The position numbers were made by a program, and so were the translations under genes. 64,000 nt of DNA, taken from NCBI GenBank assembly GCA_016283355.1, contig JAEEMS010000026.1:28947-92946 (forward strand). Reading direction: 5' to 3'. Positions 8,445-18,750 of the stretch are shown piece after piece. Within the stretch, counting starts at the first letter, position 1; each line of letters opens with the position of its first letter. The DNA is from Elusimicrobiaceae bacterium (GTDB lineage Bacteria > Elusimicrobiota > Elusimicrobia > Elusimicrobiales > Elusimicrobiaceae). A model generated the notes under the pieces. The model did not search any database, was not told where the DNA came from, and saw only the letters and a program-made list of their open reading frames with translations.

Positions 8445-9689
8445 ATGGCTGAAGATTTAAGACCGCTGGCCGCGCGCCAAGCACCGCAAAAATTAGAAGA
8501 TTTTGCCGGGCAACCGCACTTACTGGGCCCGGGGAAAATGTTGCGCCGTTTACTAGAGGCGGATATGATTAAATCCGCTGTATTTTTCGGCCCGCCCGGC
8601 TGCGGTAAAACAGCCACCGCACGCTATATTGCTTCGCGCACACAATCGTACACGGTGGAACTGAATGCGGCAGCCGCCGGTGTAGCCGATCTTAAAAAAG
8701 TATTGGCAGAAGCCAAAGAACGGGCGCAAACGCCTTCTTTCGACCAACGCCGCACGTTGGTTATTTTGGACGAAATTCACCACTTTAATAAAACACAACA
8801 AGACGTATTGTTGCCCTCCGTAGAACGCGGAGATATCATTCTTATCGGTATCACAACGGAAAACCCGTACTTCTATATTAACAACGCGCTCCTTTCTCGT
8901 TTTTCCGTCTTTGAATTCAAACCGCTTGGAGACAAAGATTTACTTAAAATTTTAACGCGTGCCGCCGATGATGAAAACGCCAAAATAGACAAAGATGCCG
9001 CTGATTTTTTTATTACGCAAGCCAATGGAGATTCGCGCAAAATGTTAAACGCCGCCGAGTTGGCCTTTGTCACCACCGAACCAGATAAAAAGGGCACAAA
9101 ACATATCACATTGGAAATTGCGCAAGAATGTATTCAAAAACGCCATTTACGTTACGATAAAAAGGGCGACGATCACTACGATATCATCTCCGCTTTTATT
9201 AAATCCATGCGCGGCAGTGACCCCGATGCTACGGCTTATTGGTTGGCCCGCATGTTGGAAAGCGGAGAAGATCCGCGTTTTATCGCACGGCGCATCTTAA
9301 TTTGCGCCAGCGAAGATGTCGGCCTGGCCGAACCGGCCGCCATCATGATTGCGCAAGCGGCTTTTTCCGCCGCCGAAGAACTCGGTATGCCCGAAATACG
9401 TATCCCTCTGGCACACGCCGCTATTTATGTGGCTTGTTGCCCTAAAAGCAATTCCGCTTACTTAGCTATCGACAACGCGTTGGCCGAAGTACGTGAAGGG
9501 CGCTATCGTCCGGTGCCGGATCATTTGCGCTCAGGCGGTAAAAACCGCGGCTACAAATACGCGCATGATTTTCCCAATCATTATGTTAAACAAGCATATA
9601 TGCCAGACCCTGTTAAATTCTTTAAACCGGGTACACTGGGAAAAGAACCCACATTGATAGATCGGCTCAAAAAAATCAAAGGAGAATAA
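8445..9689 (+). CDS. rarA: replication-associated recombination protein A (AAA+ ATPase)
   Basis: PLAAR.AP, GPPGCGKT Walker A, DEIHHFNKTQQD, HYDIISAFIKSMRGSDPDA. Confidence 0.95.
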   Translation: MAEDLRPLAARQAPQKLEDFAGQPHLLGPGKMLRRLLEADMIKSAVFFGPPGCGKTATARYIASRTQSYTVELNAAAAGVADLKKVLAEAKERAQTPSFDQRRTLVILDEIHHFNKTQQDVLLPSVERGDIILIGITTENPYFYINNALLSRFSVFEFKPLGDKDLLKILTRAADDENAKIDKDAADFFITQANGDSRKMLNAAELAFVTTEPDKKGTKHITLEIAQECIQKRHLRYDKKGDDHYDIISAFIKSMRGSDPDATAYWLARMLESGEDPRFIARRILICASEDVGLAEPAAIMIAQAAFSAAEELGMPEIRIPLAHAAIYVACCPKSNSAYLAIDNALAEVREGRYRPVPDHLRSGGKNRGYKYAHDFPNHYVKQAYMPDPVKFFKPGTLGKEPTLIDRLKKIKGE

Positions 9690-10892
9690 ATGGAAGCCAA
9701 CCCCTTTCAAGGGCAAGTGTTTACCGTTACCGCCATCACATTGGCCGTAAAACAAATGATGGAGGGGGTCTTTCACGATATATTCGTAGAAGGAGAAGTT
9801 TCTAACTTACGTTCAGCCAGTTCAGGCCACATTTATTTTGATCTAAAGGACCGGGACTCTTTGCTCAGCGCCGTTATGTTCAAATGGGATGCGCGCAAAT
9901 ACTCACTTGAATTACAAGAAGGACTCCAAGTGCGCGTGTGGGGCAGTTTATCTGTATACGGGAAATCGGGACGCTATCAAATTGTCGTCAAGAAAGCAGA
10001 AGCAATTGCCAAAGGGAACCTTTACTTAGAATTTGAAAAACTCAAACAAAAATTGGAAGCGGAAGGGCTTTTTGCACCCGAACATAAAAAAGAAATCCCC
10101 GCTTATCCGCAACGCATCGGGGTGGTAACCTCCCCCACCGGGGCAGCCGTACGAGACATCCTCTCCGTCTTAAAACGACGTAATCCCAATTTAGAAGTGT
10201 TAATTGCTCCTGTTTTGGTACAAGGGGATGAAGCCGCTTCGCAAATCGCCCAAGCTATTGAAGATTTAAACCATTTTAAGCCAAAACCGGACGTTCTTTT
10301 GGTGGGCAGAGGTGGCGGCAGCATCGAAGATTTATGGGCTTTCAATGAAGAAATTGTTGCCCGTGCTATTTACAAAAGTAAAATACCGGTTATTTCCTGT
10401 GTAGGGCACGAGGTAGATTTTACAATTGCAGATTTTGTGGCCGATTTACGCGCCCCTACTCCTTCCGCCGCGGCTGAGCTTGTCGTGCAAAACAGCCAAA
10501 ATACACGCGAACATATTGCACAATTACACAAACGGATGCTTCAAGCCGTTTCTCTTTTTTACGAAAGAGCAAAAAGCCGTTTCGATTTGGCACACAACCA
10601 TCCTATTTTTAAAAATCCGTCCTTATTGACACAAACAAAAGAGCAAGAAGTAGATGAACTTTCCCTACGTTTGGAAACTGCCTGGAAAGAACACCTGCGA
10701 AAATTCTCTCATCGTTTGGAAATCGCAAGACAAAAATTGTCTGCGTTGGGTCCGCAAAGTGTGTTAAAACGCGGCTACAGTATTACCCGCAAACAAGACG
10801 GCACTGTAATCAGTCGTGTTATGCAAACAACGCCCGGCGAAACAATCTATGTGCAAGTGCAAGACGGTATGATTCATACGGAGGTGAAATAA
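9690..10892 (+). CDS. xseA: exodeoxyribonuclease VII large subunit
   Basis: GEVSN, SGHIYFDLKD, RGGGSIEDLWAFNEE, VGHEVDFTIADFVADLRAPTPSAAAE. Confidence 0.97.
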   Translation: MEANPFQGQVFTVTAITLAVKQMMEGVFHDIFVEGEVSNLRSASSGHIYFDLKDRDSLLSAVMFKWDARKYSLELQEGLQVRVWGSLSVYGKSGRYQIVVKKAEAIAKGNLYLEFEKLKQKLEAEGLFAPEHKKEIPAYPQRIGVVTSPTGAAVRDILSVLKRRNPNLEVLIAPVLVQGDEAASQIAQAIEDLNHFKPKPDVLLVGRGGGSIEDLWAFNEEIVARAIYKSKIPVISCVGHEVDFTIADFVADLRAPTPSAAAELVVQNSQNTREHIAQLHKRMLQAVSLFYERAKSRFDLAHNHPIFKNPSLLTQTKEQEVDELSLRLETAWKEHLRKFSHRLEIARQKLSALGPQSVLKRGYSITRKQDGTVISRVMQTTPGETIYVQVQDGMIHTEVK

Positions 10893-11140
10893 TGGTGAAA
10901 ATAACTTTCGAAAAACAACTTTCTCGTTTGGAAGAAATTGTAGAAAAATTAGAATCGGAGCAAACCGATTTGGATGCGGCCGTAAAACTTTTCGAAGAAG
11001 GAATCGGTTTATCGCAAGATTTATCCAAAAAACTGGAAACGGTAAAGTTCAAAGTAGAAGAACTTAAAAAGAAAGGGACCGAACTTTCTACCGTTGCGTT
11101 TGATACCACTCTTACCGAGGAAGAAGATGGCGAAGAATAA
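10892..11140 (+). CDS. xseB: exodeoxyribonuclease VII small subunit
   Basis: TFEKQLSRLEEIVEKLE...LDAAVKLFEEG; follows xseA. Confidence 0.93.
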   Translation: MVKITFEKQLSRLEEIVEKLESEQTDLDAAVKLFEEGIGLSQDLSKKLETVKFKVEELKKKGTELSTVAFDTTLTEEEDGEE

Positions 11141-11891
11141 ACTGCGTTTGGATATGGCCCTTGTGGAGCAGGGATTTTTTACCAGCCGCAACCGCGCGCA
11201 AGCTTCTATTATGGCAGGCGAAATCCTTGTTAATGGTGAAGTAGACACCCGCGCGGACCGTACCATCTTGCCGGAAGACCAAATTACATTAAAAGAAAAA
11301 TCTTGCCCTTATGTATCGCGTGGCGGATTGAAACTGGCCGAGGCACTGAAGCATTGGAATATAAACGTAAAACACAAAGTGTGTGTAGATATTGGCGTAG
11401 CCACCGGAGGATTTAGCGATTGTATGTTACAGGCCGGAGCCGATAAAGTATATGGAGTAGACGTAGGGAAAGGACAGTTAGCGGACGAAATGCGCCGCTA
11501 CAAAAATTTTTATTTTAAACCGGAAACCAACGCGCGTTTCATGACGCCCGATTTATTTGATGAACCCCCGCAATTTGCAGCAGTAGACGTGTCGTTTATT
11601 TCTCTTACCATGATTATGGAGCCGCTTTTTAACGTAATGGCTCCCGAAAGCGAAATTGTTTTTTTAATCAAACCGCAATTTGAACTGACCCCCAAGCAAG
11701 TCCCTCACGGCATTGTAAAAACAGAAGAAAACCGCCAACTGGCTATTAAACGCGTACAAGATTTCTTTGAAGAAAATTTGCGTAAAAAATACGGTGCTGT
11801 AAGCGGCGAGGTGATTGCGTCCCCCATTAAGGGAACGCACGGCAATACTGAGTTTTTATGGCACGTAACGATAAATAAACCCTCTGAATAA
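11127..11891 (+). CDS. tlyA: TlyA family RNA methyltransferase (S4 + FtsJ domains)
   Basis: ATG at 11127 (MAKNKLRLD) with SD; YVSRGGLKL, DVSFISL, IKPQFE, SPIKGTHGNTEF. Confidence 0.92.
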   Translation: MAKNKLRLDMALVEQGFFTSRNRAQASIMAGEILVNGEVDTRADRTILPEDQITLKEKSCPYVSRGGLKLAEALKHWNINVKHKVCVDIGVATGGFSDCMLQAGADKVYGVDVGKGQLADEMRRYKNFYFKPETNARFMTPDLFDEPPQFAAVDVSFISLTMIMEPLFNVMAPESEIVFLIKPQFELTPKQVPHGIVKTEENRQLAIKRVQDFFEENLRKKYGAVSGEVIASPIKGTHGNTEFLWHVTINKPSE

Positions 11892-11896
11892 AAAAT

Positions 11897-13276
11897 TTAT
11901 TTTGTTCGTTCTTGATAGATTCGCGCTTCCACCAGCTGCTTGAAGATTTTTCCGCGCTGTTCGTAATCCTTAAATTGATCAAAACTGGAACACGCCGGTG
12001 AGAGAAGAACTACATCGCCTTGTTTCGCTTCTTGCATAGCCAATTGAACCGCTTTCTCCAGCGTTCCGCAGCGCAGTAACGGGAATCCTCCGTGCAATTC
12101 TTTTTCTATTTTATCCATGGATTCCCCTATCGTCAACACGCGCTTACAATAGGTCTGCAAATAAGGCAAGAGCACTTCATAAGAAGATCCTTTATCTCTC
12201 CCCCCTAAAATAAGCACGATACGAGGGGCCTTATCAAAACTTTTAAGTGCGGTAATGGTGGAATCCAAATTCGTTGCTTTTGAATCATTTATGTATACCA
12301 CGCCTTTGTGATAAGCAAACGGTTCGATGCGGTGTTCCATCGGCGAAAAGGCGTCCAACGCTTTCTGTACCGTTTCGGCAGGAACTCCTCCCGCCAACGC
12401 CATCAAGGACGCCGCCATCGAATTTTCCACATTATGAATGCCTTTCAATTGGGGCGGGCGGATTTGATGCCCCTCACTAAATACCATTTCATCGCCATCA
12501 AAGAAAACGTCTGTACGCAACCAATGTTTCGGCTGGGTAGAAAACGCTTTGACCCGGCTTTTTATTTTAGGAACTATTTCCACACACAGAGCATCTGCTC
12601 CGTTTAAAATTAAGAAGTCGTTTGCCCGCTGATTTTTAAAAATTTTAGTTTTGGCTTTAATGTAATTTTTCATCCCGTTGTGATGGTCTAAATGATCGGG
12701 TGTAATGTTAAGCAAGCACGCAATATGCGGGCGGAAATAAGTGCTGTCCTCCAATTGGTAGCTGGAAACTTCTATCACCACATCATCCCCGGGTTTTACC
12801 GCATCGGCACAGTTCGAAACGGGTTTCCCAATATTCCCGCACACAAAAACTTGGCGTTTTTTACGTTGTGCGTCCAACTGTAAAATTTGCCCCAATAAAG
12901 TGGTGGTGGTAGTTTTACCGTTGGTGCCGGTTACGGCAAAAACGCGCACTTTTTTAGGCATACAACCTAACGCTACTTCCAACTCACTGTAAACGGGAAT
13001 TCCGCGTTTTTTAGCTTCCAATAATTCCGGTTTGCGCGGAGAAAGCCCCGGGCTTTTTATCCAAAAATCACACGCAAAAATTTTGTCGCTATGGCCACCC
13101 CCTTCTATTTGGACAGAAGACGGCAACCGATAAGCTTCGGCATGATTAATAGGGGAAGATTCGCTGATAAGCACTTCAAAACCTTTGCGGGCTAACAGAG
13201 CAGCTACAGCACGGCCGCTTCGGCCGAACCCCAACACACACACTTTTTTCCCTTTTACTTTTTCCAAATTAAACAT
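11897..13276 (-). CDS. murD: UDP-N-acetylmuramoyl-L-alanine--D-glutamate ligase
   Basis: Start reassigned to ATG 13276 (MFNLEK); SPG, VTGTNGKTTTT, EVSSYQL, NDSKATN, LSPACSSFDQF. Confidence 0.95.
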   Translation of the reverse strand: MFNLEKVKGKKVCVLGFGRSGRAVAALLARKGFEVLISESSPINHAEAYRLPSSVQIEGGGHSDKIFACDFWIKSPGLSPRKPELLEAKKRGIPVYSELEVALGCMPKKVRVFAVTGTNGKTTTTTLLGQILQLDAQRKKRQVFVCGNIGKPVSNCADAVKPGDDVVIEVSSYQLEDSTYFRPHIACLLNITPDHLDHHNGMKNYIKAKTKIFKNQRANDFLILNGADALCVEIVPKIKSRVKAFSTQPKHWLRTDVFFDGDEMVFSEGHQIRPPQLKGIHNVENSMAASLMALAGGVPAETVQKALDAFSPMEHRIEPFAYHKGVVYINDSKATNLDSTITALKSFDKAPRIVLILGGRDKGSSYEVLLPYLQTYCKRVLTIGESMDKIEKELHGGFPLLRCGTLEKAVQLAMQEAKQGDVVLLSPACSSFDQFKDYEQRGKIFKQLVEARIYQERTK

Positions 13277-14723
13277 ATTCTTTCTCCCGCAAAAAATTCC
13301 GCACCGTTTCTTGATCCGAAAAAGGCCGTTTCTCATTCCCTATCAATTGATAATTTTCATGTCCTTTCCCGGCAATAATCACCACATCATTTGCTTGGGC
13401 CGTTGCAAGCGCTCTTTCAATGGCTTCTTTGCGATCCGGAAAAATTTGATAATTGGTTTGGCCTTTCATTCCGGCTAAAATATCCTCAAAAATTTGTTGA
13501 GGATCCTCACACCGCGGATTATCGTTTGTTAAAAAAACCATGTCTGCTTTTGTACACGCCGTGTGGCCCATCAACGGCCGTTTTGTACGATCCCGTTGTC
13601 CGCCGCAACCGAAAACAAGCAAAATTTTTCCTGTTTTAAACGGCGCTACGGTATCCAACGCGCGCTGCAGTGATTCATCCGTATAGGCAAAATCCACGAA
13701 CACCGTAAACGGTTGCCCTGCGCAAATTTGCTCCATTCGCCCCGGAACTCCCGGCAAGGCGGCCAATCCTGCCGCCACAGTATCTAACGGCACCCCTCTA
13801 CTGACAGCCACCGCACAGGCAGCCAATGCATTGTATACATTGTGAGCTCCCAACAAATTTATTTTCATAGGGACCCCGTTTATTTTAAAATGTGTTTCGC
13901 GTAGTGTTTCGTGAATTTCCGTTGCATTAAAATCAGCCGAAGCATCCCTGCCGAATGTAACCACTTTCACGCGTCCGGCCAGTTGCTGCGCCAGCCGTTG
14001 CCCGTACGGATCATCTATATTTATTACTGCCATACGATTTTTTTTAGGATTATGCGGATCCGCCAAATTTTCAAAAAGTTTTACTTTGGCTTGAAAATAA
14101 TTTTCAAATGTTTGATGAAAATCCAAATGATCCCGTTGTAAATTAGTAAAAACGGCGGTGTCGTACCAAATGTTACGTACGCGTTGTAATTCTAATGAGT
14201 GAGAAGAAACCTCCATCACCACTTCTTTACAACCGGTTTCCTTCATCTGTTGCAACAACCGAAATAATATCAAAGCTGCCGGGGTTGTATTAGGTGCCGC
14301 GCAAATGGGAACTCCCCCCATACGATAATTAACGGTGCCGAAAACCCCCACCTTTCGCCCGGCTTTTTCCAAAACACTTTCTAATAAATACGCAATCGAG
14401 GTTTTCCCCTTCGTTCCGGTAATGCCTGTCATCACAAGGGAATCCGAAGGGCGCGCATAAAATTCGTACGCAGCATCTGCCATCGCTGCATCAATGTCTT
14501 CTACTTGCAAATAAGGTACCGGATAAGTTTGCTGCGCTTGTTGGGCAGAAACAATCAACACAGCCCCTTTTTTGATGGCATCCTCAATAAACAAATTGCC
14601 GTCCACATGGGCTCCTTTTAAAGCAAAAAAAGCGAACCCATTTGTCACTTCTTGCGAGCGAAACGTAAGACCTTTTAGTGTGATGGATTTTTCTTCGGCG
14701 AAAGATAAAACAATACTCTTCAT
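13269..14723 (-). CDS. murE: UDP-N-acetylmuramyl-tripeptide synthetase (meso-DAP adding)
   Basis: ITGTKGKTS, MEVSSH, DHLDFH, FGCGGQRDRTKRPLMG, DNPR (DAP specificity), AGKGHE; ATG 14723 preferred. Confidence 0.95.
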   Translation of the reverse strand: MKSIVLSFAEEKSITLKGLTFRSQEVTNGFAFFALKGAHVDGNLFIEDAIKKGAVLIVSAQQAQQTYPVPYLQVEDIDAAMADAAYEFYARPSDSLVMTGITGTKGKTSIAYLLESVLEKAGRKVGVFGTVNYRMGGVPICAAPNTTPAALILFRLLQQMKETGCKEVVMEVSSHSLELQRVRNIWYDTAVFTNLQRDHLDFHQTFENYFQAKVKLFENLADPHNPKKNRMAVINIDDPYGQRLAQQLAGRVKVVTFGRDASADFNATEIHETLRETHFKINGVPMKINLLGAHNVYNALAACAVAVSRGVPLDTVAAGLAALPGVPGRMEQICAGQPFTVFVDFAYTDESLQRALDTVAPFKTGKILLVFGCGGQRDRTKRPLMGHTACTKADMVFLTNDNPRCEDPQQIFEDILAGMKGQTNYQIFPDRKEAIERALATAQANDVVIIAGKGHENYQLIGNEKRPFSDQETVRNFLREKEYV

Positions 14724-14759
14724 AAGCAATATGGTAGCAAAATTGACGAAACTGCAAAA

Positions 14760-14775
14760 TAGGCCTTTAGACCTA
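14760..14775 (-). promoter_or_regulatory. TAGGTCTAAAGGCCTA imperfect palindrome upstream of murE (overlaps tilS stop)
   Basis: 12/16 self-complementary; followed by TTTTGC-N17-TACCAT promoter-like spacing. Confidence 0.4.
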
Positions 14776-15501
14776 GATGGAAGGGTATTTTGTACCTAGT
14801 TCTTGTGCTAGCTTTGCCAGGTGTAAACGAATTTGAGGTTGTTTGGTTTCCAGCAACGGAAGTAGTGTTTGCCGAATCCAATTACGTGTGAACGCATCAT
14901 CAAAATTAGTTTGGTCCGTGACGTGAGAAAGACCGTTTTGGGACAAGTAGGCCTCCGTTTCTTGCCGGCTAATACAAAGTAAGGGACGCACAATTTCTAC
15001 TCCGTTACATAAAGGGCGGCGCACCGGAATCCCGCAAAGACCTTTGGCCTGCGTACCGCGCAATAAATTAAGTAAAATCGTTTCGGCCTGATCATCCAAG
15101 TGATGCCCGAGTGCCAATTTTGTAGCGCCCCATTTTTTGGCAATTTCTTCAAATGCTTCGTAGCGTGCTTTACGAGCCCCGTGTTCCGGGCTCAGATCAA
15201 ACTGTTGAGACATTCGGTGCGCTTCCACCTTACGAACAAAACATTCTACATCCAGCCGTGCGCAGAGTTCTTCACAAAAAGATTGATCTTTGTTTGCATC
15301 GGCCCGCAATTGATGGTTTACGTGTACCGCAGCCAGCGCAAAATGTTGGGTGGAAGATAAGTAATGTAAAAAATGAAGCAAGCAAACCGAATCTGCCCCG
15401 CCGCTCAGCCCCACCAGCACACAGTCCTTAGGGCCGATGAGCTGCGCCGTAAAAGTACGCATACGCGGCAAAACGGATGCATTAAAACTTTTTTTTGCCA
15501 T
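14773..15501 (-). CDS. tilS: tRNA(Ile)-lysidine synthetase, catalytic domain only
   Basis: SGGADS PP-loop, VHVNHQLR, ARKARY, GHHLDDQAET, RPLL, RNWIR; only 242 aa. Confidence 0.9.
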   Translation of the reverse strand: MAKKSFNASVLPRMRTFTAQLIGPKDCVLVGLSGGADSVCLLHFLHYLSSTQHFALAAVHVNHQLRADANKDQSFCEELCARLDVECFVRKVEAHRMSQQFDLSPEHGARKARYEAFEEIAKKWGATKLALGHHLDDQAETILLNLLRGTQAKGLCGIPVRRPLCNGVEIVRPLLCISRQETEAYLSQNGLSHVTDQTNFDDAFTRNWIRQTLLPLLETKQPQIRLHLAKLAQELGTKYPSI

Positions 15502-15536
15502 ATAAAAAGTATAATAAATATGGTAAGATAAATGTT

Positions 15537-15902
15537 ATGAGAAAGAGAATTTTAATTGTAGAAGACGAAACCAGTATCGTCGAATTACTTTCGATTATCC
15601 TTTCTAAAGAAGGATACCAAGTGCGCGCTTGCCAAAACGGGCGGGACGCGGTTTCCACTATGAAATCTTTTTTTCCTCACTTGGTAATTTTGGATGTAAT
15701 GCTCCCGGGATTGGACGGTCCAAGCATCATTAAAATCATGTCCGAAGATGAAAGCTTGGAATCTATTCCGGTTATTGTTACCTCCGCATTGGTAGAATCG
15801 GAACAAATGTTCAAACCTTATCCGCAGGTAAAGGGATTTTGTCCCAAACCTTTTGTCTTAGCGGAATTTATTGCTCAAGTAAAAAAATTTATCGGCGATT
15901 AA
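15537..15902 (+). CDS. single-domain response regulator (receiver)
   Basis: ILIVEDE, LDVMLPGLDG (phospho-Asp), conserved KP; ATG 15537. Confidence 0.9.
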   Translation: MRKRILIVEDETSIVELLSIILSKEGYQVRACQNGRDAVSTMKSFFPHLVILDVMLPGLDGPSIIKIMSEDESLESIPVIVTSALVESEQMFKPYPQVKGFCPKPFVLAEFIAQVKKFIGD

Positions 15903-15913
15903 TTTTTCTCTCC

Positions 15914-15942
15914 AAAACCCCGGAACAAAACCGGGGTTTTTC
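15914..15942 (+). terminator. intrinsic terminator
   Basis: aaaaccccgg/ccggggtttt stem with T-tract. Confidence 0.8.
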
Positions 15943-16026
15943 TTTTATACTTATCTTGTCATAAATTTATATACTTTATATATACTTGCTCTGTGCAAGA
16001 ACTTTTGTTTTGAGGAGCGTAACTGT

Positions 16027-16713
16027 ATGGCCATGGACTGGGGGTTGTTAATCAACTCTTTTATTGCTGTAATTGCCATTTTAAATCCAATCGGAAACAT
16101 GCCCGTTTTCTTAGGGCACGTAGAAAATGAATCTCCTCAAGTACAACGAGCCGTTGCCCTTTTAATGTCCGGAGCAATCTTTCTCTTGTTGCTAATCTTC
16201 TTCCTTTTCGGTACACGAATTCTGACAATGTTCGGTATCACGTTGCCTGCATTCCGTTTGGCCGGTTCCATTATGATTTTACTCGTTGGATTACGCATGT
16301 TACAAGGAAAGAGCAAATTTGAAAATCATGGTATTGAAACTGCCGCCCACACAGGTAACACTTTTGACCAAGCTCGCAACAGTTTAAGTCACATTCTTGT
16401 TCCGGTAGCCATGCCGTTGTTTATCGGGCCCGGCTCCATCACCACTGTTATTTTGTACGCAGAAAAAAGTCCCTCGATTTTAATGTCCTTTATGATGGTC
16501 CTCGTGCTGGCTTGCTGTGCTATTATTGTTGGGATGGTGTTGGTTAGTTCCCGTTACATTTTTGATAAAATCGGTACCAACGGAACACAAATTGTGATTC
16601 GTTTTATGGGAATGATTCTTTGTGCCATTGCAATGCAATTTATGATAGACGGTGTTGATCAATTACTACCCGGCGTACTAAACGAAGCTTTTACACATTC
16701 GGTAAAAATGTAA
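16027..16713 (+). CDS. MarC family inner membrane protein
   Basis: NPIGNMPVF, FGITLPAFRLAG, PLFIGPGSIT, RFMGMILCAIAMQF. Confidence 0.92.
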   Translation: MAMDWGLLINSFIAVIAILNPIGNMPVFLGHVENESPQVQRAVALLMSGAIFLLLLIFFLFGTRILTMFGITLPAFRLAGSIMILLVGLRMLQGKSKFENHGIETAAHTGNTFDQARNSLSHILVPVAMPLFIGPGSITTVILYAEKSPSILMSFMMVLVLACCAIIVGMVLVSSRYIFDKIGTNGTQIVIRFMGMILCAIAMQFMIDGVDQLLPGVLNEAFTHSVKM

Positions 16714-16717
16714 AAAC

Positions 16718-16741
16718 AGGGCGGCCTAAGCCGCCCTTTTG
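16718..16741 (+). terminator. intrinsic terminator
   Basis: agggcggc/gccgccct stem followed by T-run. Confidence 0.7.
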
Positions 16742-16746
16742 AATTT

Positions 16747-18738
16747 ATGGATGCTTTCAAACTTATTTCCCATTTCAAACCGGCCGGAGATCAGCCCCGG
16801 GCAATCGAATCTCTCACGAAAGGAATCTTAGCCGGGCAAAAACGGCAAACACTCCTGGGGGTTACGGGCTCCGGCAAAACATTTACTATGGCCAATGTAA
16901 TTGAAAAAATAAACAGGCCAACGCTTATTTTATCTCCCAACAAAGTTTTAGCCGCACAACTCTACGCAGAATTTAAACAGTTTTTCCCGGAAAACGCCGT
17001 CGAATATTTTATTTCTTATTACGATTATTACCAACCGGAAGCGTACATCCCGCAAACCGATACATATATTGAAAAAGATTCCGCAGTAAACGACCAAATT
17101 GATAAATTGCGGTTAAAAGCAACCACCTCCCTGCTCACACGCAAGGACGTATTAGTCGTTGCTTCTGTTTCGTGTATCTATAACATCGGTTCCCCCGAAA
17201 GTTTTAACGAATTGCGTATTCATGTTAAAAAGGGAATGGAAATGACCCGCACACAACTATCCGGACATTTAATTAAAATTCAATATCACCGGGATGAACT
17301 TGAATTTATAGCCGGGAATTTTCGCATGCGTGGGCCGTTTACGGACATCTTAACCCCTTACTCTCCCAACGCAATCCGCGTAGAAATTGCAGGGAAAACC
17401 ATCGCACACATTTATGAAATTCATCCTATTACCGGCAATGTGTTGGCCGAACTAAACGAAGCATGGATTTATCCGGCCAAACATTTTGTAGCTACGGAAG
17501 AAGATACCCAAAATGCATTGCAGCAGATTGAACGGGATTTGGAAATCCGCCATGCAGAATTAATTCGGCAAGGGAAAGAAATGGAGGCCTACCGCCTTAA
17601 ACAGCGCACGGAATATGATTTGGAAATGTTACGCCAAGCCGGGTTTTGTTCCGGAATAGAAAACTATTCCCGTTATATCGATGGTCGCCAACCTGGAGAA
17701 CGGCCGCAATGTTTATTGGATTATTTCAAGCGATTTGACGATTTTCTCCTTTTTGTAGATGAATCTCACGTAGCCATACCGCAAGTGCGTGGGATGTTTA
17801 ACGGAGATCGCGCCCGTAAACAAATGTTGGTGGATTTTGGGTTCCGTCTTCCGTCCGCGCTGGATAACCGACCGCTTAAATTTGATGAATTTGAGAATTT
17901 ATTACCTTCTACCATTTTTGTTTCCGCCACCCCGGGCCCCTATGAGTTAACCGTCAGCGGCAACCATATTGTAGAACAAGTCATACGCCCCACCGGGTTA
18001 GTGGATCCTAAAGTGGAATTACACCCTACAGAGGGACAAATTGACCACTTGATTGAAAAAATCAACGCGCATAAGAAGCGCGGAGAGCGAACCCTTGTAT
18101 TGGCCCTTACCAAAAAAACAGCAGAAGATTTGAGTGCTTATTTCATAGAGAAAAATATGAAAGCACAGTACCTACACTCGGATATTGAATCATTGGAACG
18201 ATTGGAAATTTTAAAACAGTTTAAACGGGGTGATTTTGATATTCTTATCGGGATTAACTTGTTACGCGAAGGAATTGATATCCCGCAAGTGGGGCTTGTG
18301 GCTATTTTGGGAGCCGACAACGAAGGGTTTTTACGCAATACCACTACTCTTATTCAAATTTCCGGAAGGGCTGCCCGCAACGTAGGCGGTGAGGTCATTT
18401 TATATGCCGATCGTCGTACCGATTCCATCCGCTATGCGTTAAACGAGATGAACCGCCGGCGTGAATTACAAGAAGCTTACAATAAAGAACATCACATTAC
18501 ACCAAAAACTATCCAAAAAACGGAAGCGGATTTGCAGGAACTAAACCAACAGACCAGAACTTCCGCTTTTGGAATTTTAAGTGAAACCTTGCCAACTCCC
18601 ACGCTTAAAAATATCAAGGCAGTGGAAAAAGATATCGAGCAGCAAATGCGTCAAGCGGCCGACGCCCTTAATTTTGAATTGGCCGCTGAACTGCGCGATC
18701 GTTTGTTTGAAATTCGCCAAATGAAAGTAAAAAATTAG
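16747..18738 (+). CDS. uvrB: excinuclease ABC subunit B
   Basis: GDQP, GVTGSGKT, YYDYYQPEAY, GFRLPSALDNRPL, C-terminal UVR domain. Confidence 0.98.
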   Translation: MDAFKLISHFKPAGDQPRAIESLTKGILAGQKRQTLLGVTGSGKTFTMANVIEKINRPTLILSPNKVLAAQLYAEFKQFFPENAVEYFISYYDYYQPEAYIPQTDTYIEKDSAVNDQIDKLRLKATTSLLTRKDVLVVASVSCIYNIGSPESFNELRIHVKKGMEMTRTQLSGHLIKIQYHRDELEFIAGNFRMRGPFTDILTPYSPNAIRVEIAGKTIAHIYEIHPITGNVLAELNEAWIYPAKHFVATEEDTQNALQQIERDLEIRHAELIRQGKEMEAYRLKQRTEYDLEMLRQAGFCSGIENYSRYIDGRQPGERPQCLLDYFKRFDDFLLFVDESHVAIPQVRGMFNGDRARKQMLVDFGFRLPSALDNRPLKFDEFENLLPSTIFVSATPGPYELTVSGNHIVEQVIRPTGLVDPKVELHPTEGQIDHLIEKINAHKKRGERTLVLALTKKTAEDLSAYFIEKNMKAQYLHSDIESLERLEILKQFKRGDFDILIGINLLREGIDIPQVGLVAILGADNEGFLRNTTTLIQISGRAARNVGGEVILYADRRTDSIRYALNEMNRRRELQEAYNKEHHITPKTIQKTEADLQELNQQTRTSAFGILSETLPTPTLKNIKAVEKDIEQQMRQAADALNFELAAELRDRLFEIRQMKVKN

Positions 18739-18750
18739 TAGGATAAATAT

